Assembly (NCBI GenBank): GCA_001938485.1
Contig: MQRK01203012.1
Span: 1-64,000, forward strand
DNA length: 64,000 bases
Direction: 5' to 3'
Origin: Girardia tigrina
Lineage: Eukaryota
Shown here: one piece after another, positions 54,400-64,000 of the stretch
Position numbering within the stretch: position 1 is the stretch's first letter
How the letters are laid out: each line of letters starts with the position of its first letter
Translations under genes and position numbers: made by a program
Notes under the pieces: generated by a model
Told to the model about the DNA's origin: nothing
What the model saw: the letters and a program-made list of their open reading frames with translations, nothing else
The model's database searches: none

Positions 54400-54861
54400 T
54401 TTATTAATTTCGACGGTTAAACCGTCATCGTCAGAACAAATGATTTTTCAAACGAAATTTATTTATATATTGCAGTTAATGATTACGCAATCAATACGTA
54501 ATCAGTGCATCATTTAAAAACTTTCAACAAAGTTGTAGAGAGTGCAGTTTTAACGTTAATTTTAGGATCCAAAGATCTTATATATAACGCTTCACATGTC
54601 CCTCTCTCCAAATAATTTTTAAATTGAGTGTACAGAATTTTAAAGTGTTGTGAAGTTATATCGCCTTTACAATGCCTCATATGTCCTGGACATGTCAAAA
54701 ATTAACTTTCAAACTGCACTCTCTACAACTTTGTTGAGAGTTTTTAAATGATGCACTGATTACGTATTGATTGCATAATCATTAACTGCACTATATAGGT
54801 AAATTTCGTTTGAAAAATCATTTGTTCTGACGATGACGGCTAAACCGTCGAAATTAATAAA
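54400..54861. mobile_element. Fold-back PLE unit: ~150-bp inverted arms (54400-54550 / 54711-54861), each with a hammerhead
   Basis: Arms are near-identical inverted repeats. The spacer and left arm encode the GIY-YIG tail ERGTCEALYIRSLDPKINV on the minus strand. CTGACGA-t-GACGG..CCGTC-GAAA-TTAA-T-A occurs on both strands. Confidence 0.92.
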
Positions 54862-55691
54862 TATTTTCAATTGGCTTTCGAATTTTGATTTTAATAATCT
54901 GCCAATTTTTTTCAATTTATTCACAATTTCATATTCTGTGAGGGAAATTTCATTATTTAACAAACTAAATTCGAAATTATAATTTAAATTTGTGTCTCTT
55001 TAAGTTTTTAATAATTAGATTAAATTTTGTTCGTGATGATTGCAATTTTTAGCAATCTGACTTTTCTCCTTATGAAAATGTGTTAGCTTTCGAAGACAAG
55101 ACTACTTAGTAATATAATATAATTGTTGATGCAATTATTTACAAAGGTACAATGTTCCGTAATATATATTATACATAAGTAACATGGTTTAAAAATTTTA
55201 AAGTAATGTAAACTGTAATACAAAAGAATAAATTCAAAACAGGCTTTAACAAATAAGTTTTAAAAAAAAGTAGTGAAAGATAAAATAAATAAAACATCAA
55301 ATTACTCTTACAAAATACTTATATTGTTACAAAGATTGCCCCCGGAAATTATAAATATATTCAGCGAATGTATGAAATAATTTCCCGTAATTTGGTGAGT
55401 GAAGTGTCCTTTTCAGCCGAATGAGCTTTGACGTAAAAACAAGTCTTACGTACAAGTATTTCTTCTGCTTGATTCTAAATTTTCTAATACAATTTCTTTA
55501 TAGCAATAATTAAAATTTATCAAAGAAATATTTTTTCTACTCGTTATACGCTTAAATATATTTCAATTACGGGATCATTATACTAAAAATGTGGTCAGTT
55601 GGTTGATATGTCTTGATCAACTCGCAATTATATCAATCGATCAATAATTGATATTAATTTAAAAAAAAATTGTGATTCGAAAATAGTAATA

Positions 55692-56071
55692 TTGGGTTGT
55701 TCGGAAAGTCATTTCGTTTTTTTAATACTTGTTTTAAATGTATTTTTTATATTAATAATCATTAATAATCATTGACAATATTATTTATTTTAGCAGTTGG
55801 TTAGATATGGAAAATTTTTCATAATTATGAATTATTTTTAAGAGAAAAAAAATACAATAACCAAAATGATATTATAAAAAAACTGAATTGTTTATTAACT
55901 CAAAAAATAACGATTTTTTTTCAAAAAGGCATATATGATTTGCCCAATCATTGGCAGAAAGTCGTAGATGCAAATGGGAATTATTTCAATTGAATAAAAT
56001 AAATAATGCAAAAATTAGCGCTTTTCGTTTTTTTATTTTCATTCAACGACAGTTTCATAGTTTCCAACCTA
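55692..56071 (+). mobile_element. mariner deletion derivative(s)
   Basis: TA-TTGGGTTGTTCGGAAAGTCATTTCG left end, GIYDLPNHWQKVVDANGNYFN*, right end TTTCCAACCTAA-TA; the two ends do not match well. Confidence 0.7.
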
Positions 56072-58544
56072 ATAGTAGGAATCAAAGATAAAACCAATCA
56101 TCCATCTGGGTAGGAGAGACACAATCCGAATCAACTTACAACATGCACAATATCAACAAACAATTCAAAACATTCCTCACACATAAAATTCGTCATAAAC
56201 ACATCTCACACACATCATCCAATCACATTCAAAACACGTATGCATGCAATCACACAATACTATTTCCTCTCACATTTGATTGGTTCATTCAAATAAAACT
56301 AACAAAAATGACGTGATCTCTAAATTAATGAAAATTTCAATTACATTTTGGAATACAATTTAATTCGCCCAACTAGTAACGAAATGAAATTATTTATTTA
56401 TTTTATTTTAAATTATATAATTATTTATTTTAACTATTTTTATCTTTTGAAGTGATTTAATTATATTTGTTTTAATTAATTATTACTATTAATTAATTTT
56501 AAGTTTTTATTTAATTTATTTTCTTTTAATTATTTTGATTTTCTCAAAATGACAAAATATTCGGTCAATCCTTGATTTAATTTCTGCTCCAAAAGTAGTG
56601 TGTGGCTTCATATGCGGAAGAGTAATAAACTTTCTTTATTTAGCTATGTTTTCTGTACCATTTATTTAGTAAATGTGATTTAGTATGTGATTTAGTTGTT
56701 TCATTAGAAGTTTTTTGTTATCAAAAGTTTAAAAGTTTTATTTCCTGAAATCAAAAGCCGAATATTTCAGAGTAACACTATAACATCTAATTATTTTTAG
56801 AAAATTATATAAATAGGGAACAAGACAACTTGAAAGGGGTTGAAAAACCAAGGCACATAGAGGTGCTCCAATTATGGTATTGTTTTTTAAATTATGTTTA
56901 AATTGAAAATGGAAATTAATAAATCATAGAAATATATAGTATTAAATAACTTAATAAATTAAAAATTTCAGTAAAAGAATAAATTCAGGTACGTAATTGA
57001 CATATCTCAATAAAAATAAATTTCCGTTCAGTTGCGAGTAATTTAGAATTGAAACTATAAAATGAAGACAGAAGTTGGAGATCCGATCATTCTAAAATGA
57101 TTGATGATCGGATTGAAAAGATAAATTTAATTTTCATGATCTTATTCAAAATATTATTTTATATTCCACAAATATTTTACATTTCCCATTAATATTTAAT
57201 ATTTTTCTTTGATACAATGACAAATCTATCAGTAAATAAACCCTTTTTATTATGAAATTTAATTTATAATTTTAAAATTATACAAATATTTGGGATTCTG
57301 TGAATTAATTTTTATAATTTACAATCACAATACGTTTACTTGAAACAAAGTTTATTTGTCTTCTATTCATTGAATTTTACGAAATTTTCTTCTTCTTGTA
57401 AAATGCATTCTGAAAGTCCCTAGTTTCACATAGAATTCAAAAATATATTACCATAGTCATTTTAAATTTTAAGTTAGTTTTCGAATATTCTTTACAGAAT
57501 GTAGCAGTTAGAAAAATGTCATTGCTGTGAACCTTACTCAACATTTATTTATATAATTTTAATTCGGACCCTGGGAATTTCCTAACGGTAGATTGTCTTG
57601 AATGGCCGAACAACACTGAATATCACAATAATGCATACTTTCTTCGCTTCTTTGAAAGTTATAATTTTATTCCACGAAATACTTCTCTTTTAACATACAA
57701 CTTTTGTTGAGTATAGAGTATAAAAAATAAAATTTTATAAATTAAATTGTTTTAATTAATAGATATAATAAGATATTATTTATCTATTTATCATATTAAA
57801 TATAAATTATATATGAATAATTAAAATAAAATAAAATTAAAATAAAAAAGAACTCAGATAAATTAAAGAAATATTTAAGTAAAAGAAATAAATATATTTA
57901 GAAAAAGATAAATAGAGAAAAATTGAATTTTACGAAGTAGTACAAAAGAAGAAAGAAAGTTAGTAAAAGGTAGACAAAAAGGAATTATTTTTACAAGTTT
58001 AAAAGTTCTAGTATTTTAAAGAAGATTAATTAAGAAAAGAAATTTTTAATTAAAATTGACATTTAAAAAGGAAAAAAAAGAATTCCACGAATTTATGGCA
58101 GTCAACTACCCAGAGCGAAAAAAATGGAATATACAAATCAGTTCCAGCAAAAATGAGAAATCAGAAAAAAGGAGAAGAAGAAAATTTATAATCAGAAGTA
58201 CCATTTGGCTATATGAATTTAACATACAAATTATATATTTTATTTAAATTATTTCCCTATATATTTTAAAATTAGTTAGTGTGAGTAAATTTGCTTCACC
58301 ATCTATCTAAACTTCAAATTCATAAGAATAAGGTCTAAGTCCTTTAAAGAAAATAAACTTGTTATTGTAAATAATAAATAAATATGTTTATAAAACTCTA
58401 TCCTTTTGAATTTCGTTTTTGAAAATAAATAATCATCTAGATACCCCAACACTTTTATCATACTTTTAATTAGTTTTTTTGAACATTAAATTTAATTTTT
58501 TTTTATAATTCACATAAAAAATAAAATTAAAAGTTTAAAATATT

Positions 58545-58850
58545 ACTGAGGAGCTGGCCACCTGATCGAGCAAAGGAGAAACAAAGAGTGGTACCGGCAA
58601 CTACCATACATCCTTCTCACTTGGAGAAACATTCCGAACAGTGGGCACAGAACGTCACCGGCATAATTATTATTCGAAACCAAAACATCCTTCGTGAATG
58701 AGTTATTTTTCAACGAAGTTTCACGCGACGACGCATTACTCTCTGCGGCTAGCAACCACTTCCTACATGCAGACAGAACGCCGACACACCGGAGCCAACA
58801 AATTCTTCGTCCAGAAATCGGCAAGAGAGGTCTTTGAAACATCAGAGAAG
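58545..58850 (+). mobile_element. Gypsy integrase fragment
   Basis: Plus-strand frame EWYRQLPYILLTWRNIPNSGHRTSPA*LLF. Confidence 0.75.
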
Positions 58851-59039
58851 CCGATTTTATCATTAACATAAATAAATATTAATTTTTATAAATCTTTGTC
58901 TTTTGATCAACTGTTAAATTTGATGTATTATACTTATAATTGTTGTTAAAATAATTTGATTATTATTTTTTATCATTATTATTTTTATATTTTATCTAAA
59001 TAACTGTTTTGAAGTTCACTTCATTGTAGTATTTCGTTT

Positions 59040-60348
59040 AAATAAAACAAAGTTTGCAAAAAGGAACAAGTGCCACCCGAGTGATGTGCCAACCACATCT
59101 AACATTAGATATATTGGTATTTTACATGTCTTTTAATACTTCCTACTGCTGTTGCTGAACATTATTTTTTCACATTTCATAAAGCATTTAGTATAAAATT
59201 TTGTGTTCTAGTTTCAATTCACAAAACAATAATCCTGTTTTTTCTTCAAGATTGTAATCTCTACTGGCAAAACTGTGTGAAAATATAGGAGCTAAAGACA
59301 TCTAATTTCTGTACTATTTCCTCATGCAAAAGTGTATTTGCAGGGTTCTTAGACTGAAAAAAACATTGTTATTTTAAAAATCATAATGATGACACAATTA
59401 TATTTAGATTTGAAAAAACGTATTCCTAAAGTTACTTATTAGGTTGACCTTTTTGGACAACTGAGTGTTTTTAATAGATCAATGCAAGGGACACAAATGA
59501 ATTTACTTATTCAAAAAGACAAATTGAAATTCTTTATAAAAAATTTAAGTTTTGGAAACCAAATTTGCAAAACAAATAAAATGGACTAATTTCCACTTTT
59601 AAATTTATGCATTCCAATTAATATAGAAACAAACAAAATCTGTATGTTGAACACTTAAATGGTTTGTCAATACTCTTGTCAAATTATTTTGATAATCTTG
59701 ATTTTACATCATTTACATGGATACGGAATCCATTTACAGACGAAGAAGATGGTTTTTGTAAATCAACAAGTTTTGAGAAAAAAAACTTTCTTAAATTATC
59801 TTNNNNNNNNNNNNNNNNNNNNNNNNNNNNNNNNNNNNNNNNNNNNNNNNNNNNNNNNNNNNNNNNNNNNNNNNNNNNNNNNNNNNNNNNNNNNNNNNNN
59901 NNNNNNNNNNNNNNNNNNNNNNNNNNNNNNNNNNNNNNNNNNNNNNNNATATAATACTTTGACAAACAAAGCTTTAAAAATACTGATACAGTTACTAACA
60001 TCATTTATGTGACAACATTTATGCAAAATATTATTTTCTACATTAGTTCAAATGAAATCGAAATATTGAGTTCGTTTAGTTGTAGAAAAGAGATACGAGT
60101 ACTCATCTCGTCAAAAACATCAAGATGTTATAAACTTTATGCTAATAAAACAAGGACATTAATCTCATTAAAAGACAATAATCAAATATTTTTATTCTCT
60201 TTTTTTATTTGATGTGATTAGTCTGTATGAATAAACATTTTAAGAATAAAACGTTTTGTGTTTGTATTACGTTGTAAAACGGAAGGGAGGTGTCATGTGA
60301 AAAATATTTTTAAGGGAGGACTGATAAAATAAAGTTTTTTAACCACTG
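59040..60348 (+). mobile_element. hAT Buster/Charlie-like remnant with right TIR
   Basis: WIRNPF, NKALKIL..HLCKILFSTLVQMKSKY*VRL dimerisation domain; ends AAAGTTTTTTAACCACTG (reverse complement CAGTGGTT..AAACTTT). Confidence 0.75.
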
Positions 60349-61039
60349 ACTTAAAACTCTTGTAAAGATTTTAAAATTCTAAAAATTTTAAAAATTGATA
60401 CATATAACGTATGGTCGCGTTGCGATTCTATTTTGACTCATTTTTGAACCCATTTGTTAAAAAATAAAAATCAAATTAATATTTTAAATAATTCAATTAA
60501 AATAATTAATTAAGGTAAATTAAAATAAAATTAAATAATTAAAATAAATAAAAGTAAAATTAAATCATTTAAATTAATTAAATTAAATAAAATATATAAG
60601 TATATATAAATAAGTGAATATGAAATCATCACGTTCATATGGTTTAGTGATGATGTATATAGTTAAATCAGTTATGACTTCGTTTCATTGTCATTATTCA
60701 AAAAGTCTTTCATGCAATTCGTTAATCAATTAATGTTATTTTTCAATTTCTCAAAATCGTTATTTTCCTTTGGATGGTGATTACTAATTTTCAATTAGTA
60801 GTGAAATGTATTTTAACTAAATTTAATAATTAAAAAAATTATAAGTCCTTAAATGTAATAAAATAAGTGTTCTATTTATCCAAAATTTTCGGTTCGGTAA
60901 ATCCTCTCTCCTCGATTTTATCAAATCTCTTACGAATTGCCGATATACAATCCTTTACTAAAAATTTTACTCCAAAATGTTTGTCTCAAAATCCAGCTTT
61001 CCATCCAGCCAATCTAATAGTCTTGCCATCCAATCAAAC

Positions 61040-61275
61040 ACAAACTACGCGAACTTTCAGTGAAACTCGGATCATCAGTCCAAAAAGATTTCCGTCAGTT
61101 AGAAAAAGACAGAATAATCAACCGATATCCCTCCCCATGTGCCTCAGCTCTTTATATCGTTGAAAACATGACATATCATGCCTCGCTCACGGAGATTATC
61201 GAGCATTAAATGTATTAACAATGTACAATTCCTATCCCATGCCAGTATTCACTGATATTTTTCATCGTCTCACTG
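61040..61275 (+). mobile_element. Gypsy RT N-terminal remnant
   Basis: IINRYPSPCASALYIV and GDYRALNVLTMYNSYPMP. Confidence 0.75.
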
Positions 61276-62551
61276 ATCACTGTTGGGTTATGAAGGTGAT
61301 TTATTCTATTTCGTTAAAAAAAATAGACGATTTCTTTAAAATATATATTTTTTATGAATAACTTTTACAATCTTTTTATATTTCAATTAAGAAATAAAAC
61401 TTTAACGCTTATGCACAGATATGTTAGGTAAAATGTGGGATACTTGATATCCGCACATAATTTTATTTTAAATATATAATTTTATATAGTTTTTGGTATA
61501 TAAAAATATAACGTTCATATTCTAGTACTTTATAAGATTTTTACCAAGACTTAATATTAGAAAATTGTTGATTCTTGTCGATTTTTGTGATTCCTTTTAT
61601 ATATATTTTGGAATCAATTACTTCGGGTAATTGGTCTCTCAAATAAATTTATCTGATAATTACCCCTCTTGTACTTTAATAATAATTCTTATTTTTCTTG
61701 GACATATTTATCTCATATCTTATTTTTTATACATATTTCTTCTTTTCAGATTAAGTCTCTTTTTAGCCTTCTTTTGTATTTCTTTTAAAATAAAATCTTT
61801 TGTGCCCGCTGTGGTATAAACTTCTTTCATTTATATCTTTCTTTTTAAATATAACTTATCTTTATTTATTAATTTGTTTTATTGTTTACGTTTTTACTGA
61901 AATTTTTATTCTTTCATATAAAATTTAATGTTATTTTTACTGTTCCAAAAATTTATTAATTATAAATATACCTAATTATTTAGTAATAATTATATTTTAT
62001 TTGCAATCAAAACTCGTTTACTTAGAGGAAAAAATTGCAAGATTTCGAGAAAAATATCAAAATTATTTTAACAAAATACCTCAAATTGACAGCAGATTTC
62101 ATTATTAACATTTCACAACGAATTTTCTATGTTTATATATAAAACATTAATCGGTAATTTCCGATTTTTGTTTCAAGGATGTCAGTTTTAGCTGATAAAA
62201 ATTTCGCAATTGTATTTATCCTGAATTTTTTTAAAGAATTTAAAGACAAAATTTGTAGACAAAATCTTGATGAATATATAATGATACCACATTAATTTCA
62301 TATTCAACTGAATTTTAATTAATATTTATAATTAAAATGATATTTACAATAAAAAATCTATTATTTATCAATAAATCAAGCACTTTATTTATTTATATTT
62401 TCAATATATATAGTTGCATACAATGTATATAATGTAAACAAAATGTATTTTTATCATAACGTAACACTTTAAATCTTGTGATTCTAAATATTTTTTAAAA
62501 AATGTTAATTATTATTTTTTAAAATTAACAAATCAATTAAAATTTTCATTA

Positions 62552-63126
62552 TTGTTTATTAATTTCGACCGATTAACCGTTATCTTCAGAACAACTGATT
62601 AAAAAAAGAAATGTACTTATATACTGACGGTAATGATTATGCAATTGATACATCATCAATAAATCATTAAAAAACCCTCAATAAAGTTGTCGACAGGACA
62701 TTTTGAATGTTAATTTTAAGACCCAAAGATCTTACATATAACGCATTACATGTCACTCTCCCAATAATTCTTAAATTGTGTGCACAGAATTTGAAAGCTA
62801 TGGGTATTTATACAATTTTTTTACCAAATCTTTCCCTTTTTTCTATATCCACCATTATTACTTCCACCTTCATTACGACTGTGTTCCTGGATTCTCTTAC
62901 AGAGATGACGTTAAGTCTCTCCAATGTATGTGGCATTACACCCATTACATGTTTATGAGATCCGAACAATTCTAAAATCAATATTCAAAATGCTATCTCA
63001 ACAACTTTATTGAGAGTTTTTAAATGACATATTAATTGAATACTGTTTTCCGATAATATATAAGCAAATTATTTTTTTAATCATTTGTTCTGAAGATTAC
63101 GGTTAATCAGTCGAAATTAATAAACA
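62552..63126. mobile_element. Second fold-back PLE unit with hammerheads at 62552-62594 (-) and 63084-63126 (+)
   Basis: Inverted arms ~62552-62720 / 62973-63126 around a minus-strand GIY-YIG fragment (CNGCNATYIGET*RHLCKRIQEH); CTGAAGA...GAAA-TTAA-T-A with stem I TTGTT/AACAA. Confidence 0.88.
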
Positions 63127-64000
63127 TTTCAATAAAAAAATTCAATTGGTTTGTTTTTTTAATTTAATTGAGTTGCCATTTTTTAAAATTTACTTATTAT
63201 TATTTTTTATTAAATTTATTTAATTTTGTTTTTATTTTATTTTAAACTTTAATTTCGTTTTTCACTTCTATTATAACCACTGCAATAATGTTTTTATAAC
63301 GTTAAACTATTTTTTTATGAAATTCGAAATATAAATTACAAATTTATTTTTATATTAATTTATACATTACAAAATAAAATTTCTCTAAATGTATTTTATA
63401 TTTAACTTCATTATCATACCATCAAAAACACTCATTTTACTCATATCTGTCTGACCCACCTCTTTTTCTGAACATCGTTTTTGTCAAAAAAAATATTAGA
63501 TGACATTTAGAAATTTATTTTTTCGGACAAAAATTTAGGTTGTACGTTTGGATAAATAAATATTGTTAATTTAATCAACAGAATTAGTTTCACAGACTTT
63601 ATATTCAAAACATTATCCGTTTCCGTAGACGTTTTATGAATCTGTTCTAAAATCAACTTTTTAAAAAAAACTTTTTAAAATTAGGAGTTCATTTTTTTAA
63701 GAATTATTTTATAGTTCTTATTTATTTTAAAGTATTTTATTTTATATAATAATGTTTATTTTTTAAAAAAAGTATTTAACTAGATAATAAAATATATTAT
63801 AATTGTCAAACTCCGAAATTCAAAATTACTGTTTTTAATAATTTGAGTTATTTTTTACTTAGAATATATTTCCTAACGTTTTTGGAAGGTCCCTCTGATG
63901 ATACAAGCAAATCAAAATATTCTGACAAACATAATTAGTTTCATTAATAATTTATGTTTATTTAGGCTGTTCTTCAAAATGTTATAGTAATGGTTTATTG

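Noticed and set aside
58543-58869. 108-aa minus-strand ORF
   Set aside because: It is the antisense shadow of a plus-strand Gypsy integrase fragment.

Overview
Very AT-rich, repeat-dense eukaryotic DNA with scaffold gaps. It looks invertebrate, and planarian-like composition is an inference only. One host gene can be reconstructed by hand: a minus-strand AXDND1-like gene (axonemal dynein light chain domain-containing 1). Nine GT-AG exons with matching phases run from 32081 to 5656 (371 codons), and the gene continues off the left edge. The rest is decayed transposons: Tc1/mariner, pogo, MULE, Chapaev3, hAT-Buster, Gypsy, BEL/Pao, probable Polinton ends and Penelope-like elements (PLEs). Stray intronless host-gene fragments are also present (a PP1-PAICS chimera, ARP8, Sec22). 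Three signals stand out. (1) There are nine minimal type-I hammerhead ribozyme motifs, most at PLE 3' ends, whose stem-III loop varies but stays palindromic (CATG/TATA/TTAA). (2) Two small fold-back PLE units carry an outward-facing hammerhead on each strand. (3) Two probable Polinton termini carry helically phased arrays of RFX X-box motifs, one inside and one upstream of a motile-cilia gene. All homology calls come from motif recognition; no searches were run.
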